DNA of 64,000 bases, taken from positions 36,927 through 100,926 of the forward strand of contig CAWAPJ010000005.1 of NCBI GenBank assembly GCA_963783885.1, given 5' to 3'. Shown one piece after another: positions 29,214 to 39,200 of this stretch; the first letter of the stretch is position 1, and each line of letters begins with the position of its first letter. Both the position numbers and the translations under genes were made by a program. The notes beneath the pieces were generated by a model. That model saw only the letters and a list, made by a program, of their open reading frames with translations. It ran no database searches and was not told where the DNA came from. This DNA comes from Waddliaceae bacterium (GTDB taxonomy: Bacteria > Chlamydiota > Chlamydiia > Chlamydiales > SLFE01).

Positions 29214-29969
29214 TTGGAGATGGTTAGCATGAATGAAACATTGAAAAACAAATGGACTGAAGACGAGAGCGAAATCTTTATCAAATATGGCGATTGCTTC
29301 GTTCCGCAAAAAGAACGACAAATCGAAATTCTCGTCAAAGCAATTCCTGCACTAAAAAAAGAAGGCATCATTGTCGAACTTTGCTGCGGAAGTGGAGATA
29401 CTTGCAGAGCGCTTTTGGAAAATTTTCCAAATGCAAAAGTATGGGGGATGGATCTTAGCCAAAAAATGCTGGATGAAACTAAAAGAAGAAACAAAGAGTA
29501 TGCCGATAGAATCGAAGTGAAACAATTCGACCTTGCTGAAAAAAAATGGCGAACATTTCCAGAGCCTATCCACGCATTTGTCTCTTCCCTGGCAGTCCAT
29601 CATTTAGATGCAGAGCAGAAAAAAAACCTCTTTAACGATCTCTACAGCCAACTGGAACCCGGAGGGGCCTTAATCATCTCTGATCTTATGTATCCCAACT
29701 CCCCTGAGTCAAAAAGGATTTTCGCAGATAACTGGGATGAGGAAACTGAAAATCGTTCGCTTGAAATTTTCGGCAACGAATCCGCATTCGAGGCATTTAA
29801 AAGAACTGAATGGAATTACTATTCCGATCCGAATGCTGAAAACGATCCAATAGACAAACCATCGACTCTTTATGATCAGCTCAAGTGGCTGGAAGAAGCA
29901 GGTTTTGCGTCTATCGAAGTCTTTTGGGCATGTGCAGGGCATGCTGTTTTCAGCGGATATAAAAATTAG
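29214..29969 (+). CDS. Class I SAM-dependent methyltransferase
   Basis: VELCCGSG, GMDLSQKML, SSLAVHHL, LEPGG and DKPSTL..QL.WL..AGF. Confidence 0.9.
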   Translation: MEMVSMNETLKNKWTEDESEIFIKYGDCFVPQKERQIEILVKAIPALKKEGIIVELCCGSGDTCRALLENFPNAKVWGMDLSQKMLDETKRRNKEYADRIEVKQFDLAEKKWRTFPEPIHAFVSSLAVHHLDAEQKKNLFNDLYSQLEPGGALIISDLMYPNSPESKRIFADNWDEETENRSLEIFGNESAFEAFKRTEWNYYSDPNAENDPIDKPSTLYDQLKWLEEAGFASIEVFWACAGHAVFSGYKN

Positions 29970-30109
29970 GAGAAAGTCATGAACACCAATCGAGCCCCTT
30001 GGATTATATTTGCCAATGTTGTTAACGAGTTGATGATCGAGATACCGACAATGCGCTATTCCAAAGCGATGTCGGCTATCACGCCAATAAAAATGGGGAG
30101 GGAGAAATC

Positions 30110-31171
30110 ATGGGTAAAATCAAAAAGGTTGATGAGCTGTATGATTTAGGAATTATTCCTGAAGAAAAAATCAGCGAACTTGAGCAGGTTGTCGATCGAT
30201 TTTCTTTATCAATTACTGATCAGATGGCAGGATTGATAGATATCAATAACAACGATGATCCTATATCCACTCAATTTGTTCCCAATGCCAAGGAGCTGTC
30301 TGTAAAAGAAGAAGAACTTGCCGATCCCATCGGTGATAATGCCAGAAGTCCCGTTAAGGGTATTGTGCACAGGTACCCTGACCGCTGCCTCTTTCTTCCC
30401 ATGACCGTATGTCCTGTTTATTGCCGCTTCTGTTTCAGGAGGGAAAAGGTAGGATCTGCCAAATCGGGATTGAACCGAAAGGAATTGGATGCCGCTTTAG
30501 AATATATTCAAAACACGAAGGAAATCTGGGAAGTCATTATTACTGGAGGGGACCCTCTCTTTATGCCCCCGAGCATGATCAAGCAAATCATTACCCGTTT
30601 ATCATCGATAAATCACGTGGAAGTGATCAGAATACACACCCGTGTGCCGATAGTCGACTCTGATCGCATCTCCGAAGAGATGCTCGAGGCTTTGAAAACT
30701 GATAAAGCTCTTTACATAATACTGCACACCAACCACGCAAAAGAGTTTATTGACAAATCCAAAAAAGCGATCGCCAGTATAGTGGAATCGGGAATTCCCA
30801 TGCTCAGCCAAAGCGTTCTGCTCAAAGGAGTCAATGATGACCCTCAGAAGCTGGAAAACCTTTTCAGGGAGCTTGTCAAAAACAGGATCAAACCCTATTA
30901 CCTTCATCATGGCGACTATGCAAAGGGGACCTCTCATTTCAGAACAACAATCAAAGAGGGACAGCAATTGCTAAAAAAAATAAGGGGTAACCTTTCGGGG
31001 CTTTGCCAGCCCACTTATGCACTGGATATTCCGGGCGGTTTCGGCAAAGTGCCTATTAATCCCAACTATTTGAAGGAACTGTCAACAGACGGCAAGCAAG
31101 AATCGTATATTGTAGAAGACTATAAAGGAAAGCTTCATCGATACCCCCCTTTGCTTGAAAGGAGAAAGTGA
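30110..31171 (+). CDS. Lysine 2,3-aminomutase-like radical SAM protein (KamA/EpmB family)
   Basis: VHRYPDR, CPVYCRFCFRR, TGGDPL, QSVLLKGVND and DIPGGFGK. Confidence 0.93.
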   Translation: MGKIKKVDELYDLGIIPEEKISELEQVVDRFSLSITDQMAGLIDINNNDDPISTQFVPNAKELSVKEEELADPIGDNARSPVKGIVHRYPDRCLFLPMTVCPVYCRFCFRREKVGSAKSGLNRKELDAALEYIQNTKEIWEVIITGGDPLFMPPSMIKQIITRLSSINHVEVIRIHTRVPIVDSDRISEEMLEALKTDKALYIILHTNHAKEFIDKSKKAIASIVESGIPMLSQSVLLKGVNDDPQKLENLFRELVKNRIKPYYLHHGDYAKGTSHFRTTIKEGQQLLKKIRGNLSGLCQPTYALDIPGGFGKVPINPNYLKELSTDGKQESYIVEDYKGKLHRYPPLLERRK

Positions 31172-31353
31172 TTATGCGTCAAAAAGATCAACATTCCCTT
31201 TATGACGTAGTAGGCGTAGGCGCCGGGCCGTTCAATTTAAGTCTCGCGGCCATTTTGCAGCCTGACAAACAGTTTCCATTTGCTCCAGCCCCCATTCAAT
31301 TTTTCTCATCCACTCTTGCTGCAAATCCCAATCTTTACCATGCCCTGCGCTAA
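31168..31353 (+). pseudogene. N-terminal remnant of a lysine/ornithine N-monooxygenase (IucD/PvdA family)
   Basis: YDVVGVGAGPFNLSLAA FAD motif; overlaps the KamA stop; similarity ends after about 35 aa. Confidence 0.7.
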
Positions 31354-31574
31354 CTTTTTTTTGACACTCGGCAGTTCCGCAGCAGCAGTCAAATTCCCAT
31401 TCAGGGTCATAGGAATATCATCTGTAGCAAAGAGACCAATCCCTCTCCCAGGTGACAAGCGAACTTTTGCAGAGCGAATCAACATGAAGACAAATGATAA
31501 TATAGCGGTCAATTTATCGGTTTAAAAAATATTCGGATTGTGTTTATATATTCCTTATTTCAGGAGAAAATTCG

Positions 31575-33560
31575 ATGACCGATGAATCTGTTGAACATCA
31601 TCTGCAGGAAAAAAGGCATTTCCCTCCACCCTACAGCAGAACGGCTTATGTAAGAAATGCGAAACAATATGATGACATGTATAAACGATCGCTGGAAGAA
31701 AGTGATGAATTTTGGCTGGAGATGTCCAATTCACTTCGATGGATCAAGGAGCCGGAAATCGCAGGAAAACACGATTGGGATTCGAAAAAAAGAACAGTGA
31801 AACATACATGGTTCGAAGACGGTCTTTTGAATGTCTCGGCAAACTGCCTTGACCGGCATCTTGAAAAGCGAGGCAAGCAGGCCGCTATTGTCTGGCAGGG
31901 AGACAATGACAATGATTGGCTGATCATCGATTACAATACGCTGCACAAAGAAGTGTGCAGCTTTGCCAATATACTCAAGTCATTCAAGATCGCAAAAGGC
32001 GACCGGGTCTGCCTTTACATGCCTATGGTGCCCGAGCTGGCCATTGCCATGCTGGCCTGCGTTCGCATCGGAGCCATCCATTCCGTCGTGTTTGGGGGCT
32101 TTAGCGCCGAATCGCTCAGCCATCGGATTGAGGATTCAGGCTGCAAGCTGCTGATTACAGCGAATGAAGGATTGCGCGGAGGGAAGAAAATTCCCTTAAA
32201 AAAGATAGCCGACGAGGCGCTGCTGAGTTCTCCCTCAGTGGAATCGATGATTGTTTTGAGAAGAACTGAAGAATCCTGCCCGATGGAAGATGGAAGGGAT
32301 TACTGGTATCACGATCTGATGGATAAATCCAATCCCGACTGCCCTCCCGAGGAAATGAAAGCCGAAGATCCCCTCTTTATCCTCTATACATCCGGATCTA
32401 CCGGAAAACCCAAGGGGGTCGTCCATACGCAGGCCGGATATCTTCTTCACGCCTCTTTGAGTCATCGAACAATTTTTGATATCCAAAATGATGATATGTT
32501 TTGGTGTACTGCCGACCTTGGGTGGGTCACAGGCCATAGTTATGTTGTTTATGGCCCTCTTGCAAACGGTTCGACCACTCTTATGTTTGAAGGGATCCCT
32601 ACCTATCCCGATCCCGGCCGCTTTTGGCAGGTAGTCGAAAAACACCGAGTGACCAAATTTTATACAGCGCCAACGGCTATCAGAACGCTGATTAGCCATG
32701 GAGAGTCTTGGCCGCAAAAATACGATCTCAGTTCCCTCAAGCTTTTGGGGACCGTCGGAGAGCCTATCAATCCCGAAACCTGGATGTGGTATTACGAAAT
32801 CATCGGACATGGCAAAACCCCTCTTGTCGATACTTGGTGGCAGACAGAAACAGGAGGCATCCTCATCTCCCCAATGCCCTATTGCCACACTCTCAAACCG
32901 GGATCTGCTATTAAACCATTTTTCGGCGTCGAGCCGGTTATTTTGAGGGAAGATGGAACCGAATGCAACATTGATGAAGGCGGCTCTCTTTGCATCAAAA
33001 AGCCCTGGCCCGGTATGATGAGAACGACCTGGGGAGACCATCAAGCATTCATCGACACGTATTTTTCAACATTTAAGGATGTTTACTTTACCGGCGATGG
33101 AGCAAGAAAAGACAAAGACGGAGACTACTGGCTTCTCGGACGAATTGATGACGTCGTCAATATATCGGGCCATAGGTTTGGAACCGCAGAAATTGAAAGT
33201 GCCCTGGTCGAGCACGAGGCGGTTGCTGAAGCTGCGGTAGTCCCCGTCCCCGATGAAGTTAAGGGGCAGGGGCTGTATGCTTTTCTTACTTTAGTCGACA
33301 CAGCCGAACCTTCCGATGAAATAACTACCGAGCTTGTGCAGCTTTTAAAAAGAGAAATCGGTCCAATTGCCGATATGAAATATGTCCAATATACCCCGAC
33401 TTTGCCAAAAACCAGGTCCGGCAAAATCATGAGAAGGGTCTTGCGCAAGATAGCGGAAAACGACCTTGAAAACCTGGGAGATATATCAACGCTGGCCGAA
33501 CCGGAACTGGTTCGATCGCTTTACCGGGATAGAAAAAATAATGAGCCGATCCTCAGATAA
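31575..33560 (+). CDS. acs: Acetyl-CoA synthetase
   Basis: YTSGSTGKPKG, DTWWQTETGG and LPKTRSGKIMRR. Confidence 0.97.
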   Translation: MTDESVEHHLQEKRHFPPPYSRTAYVRNAKQYDDMYKRSLEESDEFWLEMSNSLRWIKEPEIAGKHDWDSKKRTVKHTWFEDGLLNVSANCLDRHLEKRGKQAAIVWQGDNDNDWLIIDYNTLHKEVCSFANILKSFKIAKGDRVCLYMPMVPELAIAMLACVRIGAIHSVVFGGFSAESLSHRIEDSGCKLLITANEGLRGGKKIPLKKIADEALLSSPSVESMIVLRRTEESCPMEDGRDYWYHDLMDKSNPDCPPEEMKAEDPLFILYTSGSTGKPKGVVHTQAGYLLHASLSHRTIFDIQNDDMFWCTADLGWVTGHSYVVYGPLANGSTTLMFEGIPTYPDPGRFWQVVEKHRVTKFYTAPTAIRTLISHGESWPQKYDLSSLKLLGTVGEPINPETWMWYYEIIGHGKTPLVDTWWQTETGGILISPMPYCHTLKPGSAIKPFFGVEPVILREDGTECNIDEGGSLCIKKPWPGMMRTTWGDHQAFIDTYFSTFKDVYFTGDGARKDKDGDYWLLGRIDDVVNISGHRFGTAEIESALVEHEAVAEAAVVPVPDEVKGQGLYAFLTLVDTAEPSDEITTELVQLLKREIGPIADMKYVQYTPTLPKTRSGKIMRRVLRKIAENDLENLGDISTLAEPELVRSLYRDRKNNEPILR

Positions 33561-34650
33561 AGAATATATGTCCCTTGCTTTTGAAGAAGGGAAAAAAGCC
33601 AGGCTGCACTCGCCTCCAAACCCCTGGGTAGGGTGCGTGATTGTCAAAAACGACCAAATTATCGGACGCGGGCATACCAGTCCTCCGGGACAGGCCCACG
33701 CTGAAATCATGGCGCTCGACGAAAGCGGCGAAAAGGCCCGAGGAGCTACTCTCTATGTGACGCTTGAGCCCTGCTCTCATGAAGGAAGAACTCCCCCTTG
33801 CGTGGATGCTTTAATCAAAGCAGGCATTGCCAGAGTTGTCATAGCCGCTGCCGATCCGGACCATCAGGTAAACGGACAGGGCATTTCCAAGCTTAAAGAT
33901 GCGGGCATCTCAGTCGATAATGGCATTTGCCAAAATCTGGCTGAAAAAGAACTCGAGGCCTATTTTTATCACCGAAAAACCAAGATGCCATTCTGTATTT
34001 TGAAAACAGCCATGAGTCTGGATGGCCGGGGAGCAGCTCCGGACGGATCTTCGCAGTGGATCACATGCAAAAAAGCCCGGGCCGATGGGCATCGTTTGAG
34101 AGCTGAGTCTCAGGCAATCATTATCGGATCGGAGACCGCCATTAAAGACCAGCCTCGCCTTACTGTACGAAATCACGCCGCACCTCATACGCCGCCTATC
34201 CGCGTTCTGCTCGACAGCAGAGGACGGGTCAAGGCAGGAGGCCCTCTTTTTGATCAAAGCCTTGGACAGACGATTGTCTATACAACCTCCAAAGCCGATC
34301 CCAATAATCTCCTTCACTGGAAAAAACGAGGCATTGGCATTGTTGAGGTAATGCCGTCAGCAACCGGAGTCGGGGTGCATCTTCCCCAAGTTATGAAAGA
34401 TTTGGGATCAAGAGGCGTCATTCAGGCCTTGATTGAAGGAGGGCCGACGCTTCATGGGGAATGCATCAGGCAGGGATTCATCCATCAATTCCATATCACA
34501 GTCGGCAACTGTCTTCTCGGCTCTGAAGGGAAGAGCATTTTCGAGGGAAATTTTACCGACTCGATTGCAAATGCCCCGCGACTTCACTTGGAGTCCGCCA
34601 TACCATTTGGCGATTGCGTCAAACTCATCTTAACAAGCGTTTCCACATGA
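33541..34650 (+). CDS. ribD: Riboflavin biosynthesis deaminase/reductase
   Basis: PNPWVGCV, HAE, TLEPCSHEGRTPPC, SLDG and IEGG; likely start ATG 33541 overlapping the acs end. Confidence 0.95.
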   Translation: MSRSSDKEYMSLAFEEGKKARLHSPPNPWVGCVIVKNDQIIGRGHTSPPGQAHAEIMALDESGEKARGATLYVTLEPCSHEGRTPPCVDALIKAGIARVVIAAADPDHQVNGQGISKLKDAGISVDNGICQNLAEKELEAYFYHRKTKMPFCILKTAMSLDGRGAAPDGSSQWITCKKARADGHRLRAESQAIIIGSETAIKDQPRLTVRNHAAPHTPPIRVLLDSRGRVKAGGPLFDQSLGQTIVYTTSKADPNNLLHWKKRGIGIVEVMPSATGVGVHLPQVMKDLGSRGVIQALIEGGPTLHGECIRQGFIHQFHITVGNCLLGSEGKSIFEGNFTDSIANAPRLHLESAIPFGDCVKLILTSVST

Positions 34651-35909
34651 GCAGTTTGCGGAAACATGTCAAAAGGCTGAACCGCATCCATGGAGTAACC
34701 CTCAAATTGTTTTAGGTCGCGGGCTAGGGTGGCCGGGTCGCACGAGAGATAAACAATATGCGCCGGGCGGGTATGATTGAGAGTTTGAATCACCTCAGGA
34801 GCGCACCCCTTCCTTGGAGGGTTGAGAATGACAATATCGGCATCTTTAAATTCTTTGAGCGCTTTTTCCGTTTCCCTGCAGATGAAGCGGCAATTGGAAA
34901 TTCCGTTTTTTTCAGCGTTCTCTCTTGCATCCTGTATGGCTTGAGACACACACTCGATCCCGACAACTTCTTTAACGTGCTTTGATAAAATAAGACTCAG
35001 GGTTCCAACACCGCAATATGCGTCGACAATTCGATCGCCTGAGCGGCAGCCGGCGAATTCTCGAACTTTGTTATAGACATGTTCGGCCTGATGGGGATTC
35101 ACTTGGAAAAATGAAGCCGGAGACACTTTAAACATCATTTCGCAAATCTCATCGTGAATAAATCCCGATCCGCAAAGGATGGAATAAGACTCCCCTAAAA
35201 TGACATTATTGCCTTTTGGATTGATGTTTTGAACAACTCCCTTTATCAAGGGGCACTCATTCATCAATTCGTTTGCAATTTCCGAAAGACTTCCTTGAGT
35301 TTTCTCTTTTGTCACAAAAATCACAAGCCCTTCCCGTCTGGCAGAAGAGCTTCTGATCAAAATATATTTAAGATGGGTTGGTAATTCTTCTGCCCGTTTT
35401 GAGACATGGCGAAAGATTTCCTCGCCTAAATCGCAATGAATCAGACAATGGTCGATTTCGACAAGATTATGGGACCCTCTTTCAAACAAACCGATTTTAG
35501 GCATTTGAACGGGAAGCTGAATTTTGTTTCGATAGCCAAATGTTTGGGGCGAGGGAAGGCACTCATTGACAACAGGGCTTCGAAATCCCCCGATACGCTC
35601 AAGAGCGTCGAAGACCCTTTGCCTTTTGATTTTTAGCTGGCCGGGATAATTTAGATGCATGATCTGGCATCCCCCGCACCGATCATAAAAAGGACAAGGG
35701 GGTTTTACTCGTTCACTGGAAGCCGCAATGATGTCAACAACCTTTCCTTTGGCATAAGTTTTTTTTACTAAAGTAAGACGGGCTTTCACTTTTTCGCCAG
35801 GAAGGGCTCCATCCACAAAGACGCGCATCCCTTCAAAAGTCCCCACTCCTTCACCGGAGGCTCCAAGCCCATCGATGTTCAAAGAAATTATTTGATTTTT
35901 TGTCGGCAT
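34584..35909 (-). CDS. rlmD: 23S rRNA m5U1939 methyltransferase
   Basis: TRAM domain, CPFYDRCGGC, SFFQVN, DAYCGVG, LNPPRKG and DMFPQTAHVE. Confidence 0.93.
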   Translation of the reverse strand: MPTKNQIISLNIDGLGASGEGVGTFEGMRVFVDGALPGEKVKARLTLVKKTYAKGKVVDIIAASSERVKPPCPFYDRCGGCQIMHLNYPGQLKIKRQRVFDALERIGGFRSPVVNECLPSPQTFGYRNKIQLPVQMPKIGLFERGSHNLVEIDHCLIHCDLGEEIFRHVSKRAEELPTHLKYILIRSSSARREGLVIFVTKEKTQGSLSEIANELMNECPLIKGVVQNINPKGNNVILGESYSILCGSGFIHDEICEMMFKVSPASFFQVNPHQAEHVYNKVREFAGCRSGDRIVDAYCGVGTLSLILSKHVKEVVGIECVSQAIQDARENAEKNGISNCRFICRETEKALKEFKDADIVILNPPRKGCAPEVIQTLNHTRPAHIVYLSCDPATLARDLKQFEGYSMDAVQPFDMFPQTAHVETLVKMSLTQSPNGMADSK

Positions 35910-36037
35910 GACAACAAGTGTATCCGCATATTTTTTTGCCGTCAACTCCCTGATGATTGTAATTAGCTAAGAATTCAGGCAGGTCCGGTACCCTTCATCC
36001 TGCTGAAAAGCAATTTTCCTATCCTTTTGCAGCATAG

Positions 36038-36193
36038 ACCCTGATTGCTACCTAAACCTTAGCTAGAGCTTACACGAGTGCGCCAGATACAACTGTAGCG
36101 CCTCGGCAAGGGTAATCCCTTGCCTTCAAATCGAGTCTACGCATCTGAATCCAACGAAAGACTTTAACAACAAGTTTAGGTAGCAATCAGGGT
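36038..36193. mobile_element. 156-bp MITE derived from the IS982 element
   Basis: Same 20-bp TIRs; flanking direct repeat CATAG (36033-36037, 36194-36198); left and right halves match the IS982 ends. Confidence 0.92.
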
Positions 36194-36260
36194 CATAGGT
36201 CGAGAAATCAGAAGTAATTTCTTTATTGTTTTCTTGAAAAGGCTTTTATCCTGATATAGT

Positions 36261-39200
36261 TTATCCATACATTGTTTTTGACTTCAATTCTTTGGATATG
36301 TTTTTAAAAGCATTATCAAAATCATCCATGTTGATTTTTTCCATGCCTTTCTGATCTCTTACCAAAGAATAGGACCAGGCAGTACTCACAAGGCTTTTGA
36401 TTTGCGAGATAGTGAAGCCATCTGTATGACTGGTGAGAGTTTTTAAACTGACATCGTCATCTAATCTTCCCCCTTCTTGAATCGATTTTGTAAATAGCTT
36501 AAGGAGTTCCATGCGTTGAGGGTATTCGGGGAGGTCCAACTTTATCTCAGCAGGAAGTCTTCCCCCCAGCTTCTGTAGAGTGGGATGTGCTGTCGGGACT
36601 CCTCTAGTGTTTAATGTGGCAATTAAAAACAAGTTGTCGAGATGTTTGAGTTGATCGAGTTCTACAAACAGCTGGCTGTGCATAGCCTGATCCAGGAGCT
36701 CAATATTTTCAATCATCAGCACATAAAGTTGATCAGAGTCTTCGGAAGATTCTCCAGCTTGTTTTGCCGCGATGAAAAAATCTCTGAAATTTTTCCTCCT
36801 ATTTGCTTTGAATTCATTGACAATACTGCCGCCATCGAGGATTTTTAAATGGTGATTCGGCACGCCAAGCATTTGAATAACCGCTTTTGCAAGGGTCGAC
36901 TTTCCGGTGCCCGGTTGGCCATTGAGGATCAGTCCTCTCGGCCGTTTCAAGCCAAATTGAGGTCCTTTTCTATATGCGCAGACAATCGGCTCAATTTGAT
37001 GAATAATCTCTTTAGGCAATGCTAATCCAAGTTCTTTTAGAGCATCGGCAGGGCTTAATTTACGAATTTTACCGGAATCATTTGGAATAGCACGTCCATG
37101 ATTAATCGGGTTGACAACTTCGTCAAATGCGTTCTTAAAGTCTTCCATTGTCACTTTTTCCTTGTCATCTAATACACTGTTTAGCGATGCCGTTCGGACG
37201 ATATTTTCAATCCCTGAGCCGGCTATGCCGCTTGTTATGACTGCCAGATGATCCAGATCGATGTCATCTGCAAGACGATTGTTTTTCACTAAAGAGCGCA
37301 TATAATGTTCAAAAATCGCTTTTCTCCCCCTTCTACTTGGCAGGCCGAATTGGACTTTTGCATCTATCCGACCGTCCCTAATCAAAGCCTTATCGAAACG
37401 TTCTGGATAATTAGTAATCAAAAAAACGATGACATTCATCTTCTGAATTTCGCTCAGCTGAGTTTTCAGCGCATTGATAAAGTTGTGATCAAAGTTTTGA
37501 GTAATTCCTTTTGTTCCTCCGATGGAATCAGCTTCATCAATCACGACAGCATGAAGCGGTCCGCTTTTACCTGCTTCCCTTGGTTTTTTGAACAAATTAC
37601 GTATGGCCCTTTCGGTTCCCCCAAGGAGAGAATCTTTTAAATCATCAGCGGATATAAAGGTGATTCTATTATTAGGAACATCGAGTACTTCATTTGCGAA
37701 TTTTTTAGCAAATGATGTTTTCCCTGTTCCCGGCGGACCATAAAGCATCACTCCTTTTGTAGGTTTAATACCAAACTGTTTCATGAGATCTTTCAGATTG
37801 GCCCGATTGTAAAGAAGGAGACTTTTTGCCAGCTTTATTTGTTCTTCGGTGGGGCCGACTAAATCGATTTTTTCCAAAGCTTTTACCGGATCATGAATTT
37901 TTACTGAATCTCTTTTCTTAATGGGGCCTTCTTTCCCAATAATTTTTAGTTTTGTTTTTTCTTTATCGACAAAACCAAGAGAATTTTGTTTCAACTGAGA
38001 TTCATCGAATGCCATAGAGTCAACGACGACGCTGACTCGTTTGCCCTCCTCCAAACTGATTGTAAAAGATTCCCCCGGACAAATTTTTTCGGGAATATAA
38101 TAAAGGATAGCCTCTCGCAACTCATCCTGATTCATGTTTTTTATTTCGGATTCAATTTTTAATGTTAATTTTTTGAGGCTTCGAGCGGTATCGTCAAATA
38201 CAAGCATTTTTTTAAGAACAGGATGAGGTGATAGTTTTATCTCTGTTTGTTCTCCCAATTTCCAGTGGCTTTTACCCTTTTGAATGCTAGGCAAAGGATC
38301 GACTCTGTCGATTTCAACAGTATATTCAAATTTGTCGACAAAAATATGGAATCGAGTTCCGAGCACAAACCTGTCCATTTTTTCTATGATTTCTTTTTTG
38401 ATTGCAGAAGCCGATATCCACTTGCGCCTGCGGCTTCCCATAGAAGTCAGCACTTCATCCAGTTTAATATCAACAAACGTGGCTGGTATGGGGTTTCCCT
38501 TAACTACTTCTAAAAATTGCGAGGATTGAAGCTCAATATTTGATTTGGGAGACAAGTAAAAGGCTTTGTGACAGCGCGCGGCATTGTCTCCAATGCGCAG
38601 TATTCCGGAAAATTTTTCCTTCCCTTGTGAAACTTCTTTTAAAACGACTCTGATTTGACACCCATCTTGATAGAAAATCTTGGTTGTTTTCGCATTGATG
38701 TATTGATTTTGCAGTTTGTCAAGAATCATTTTCTTAAGATTTTCTTCAGAAAAAAGAAGAGGATGTGGAACTTCTTTATAAGATTGCATCTGATAATGTC
38801 TTTTCATGATCTCACGAAAAAGTGCTTCTTCCCGATTCATTTTTGCATCATAATTCTTTCCTTTCTCTTTCCGTTCTTCTTTTTTGATTGAAACATTGAA
38901 TGTGAATGTAAGCCTGTCGTTTATCGGCTGCCTTGCGATCAGAAAAATTTGCGAATCTTCAGGAGTCTTAAAATAAAGTCTTGTTCTTTCTGCAATTTTA
39001 TTGAAAAAGTTGTGACTTTTGGGAGTTTTGATTCCCTCGCCCCTTTCCAGCGTTAATGATAAAATTCGATTTTTGAAACACACCTGCAGGCTTTGACCAA
39101 ATTGAAAAAAATGTCCATCCAAGCTCTTATGGAGGAATGCGCTCAACTCTGCTGAATCGATGATAATACTCTCTTCAAGCTCTCCCTTGCGTTCGGGCAA

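Noticed and set aside
32235-33044. 269-aa antisense ORF and similar shadow ORFs (e.g. 40831-41442, 41859-42413, 3000-3545)
   Set aside because: They lie opposite well-supported genes and show no motifs.
35972-36034. Possible SRP RNA (CAGGTCCGG motif)
   Set aside because: It lacks the following AAGGAAGCAGC helix-8 motif and a long closing stem.
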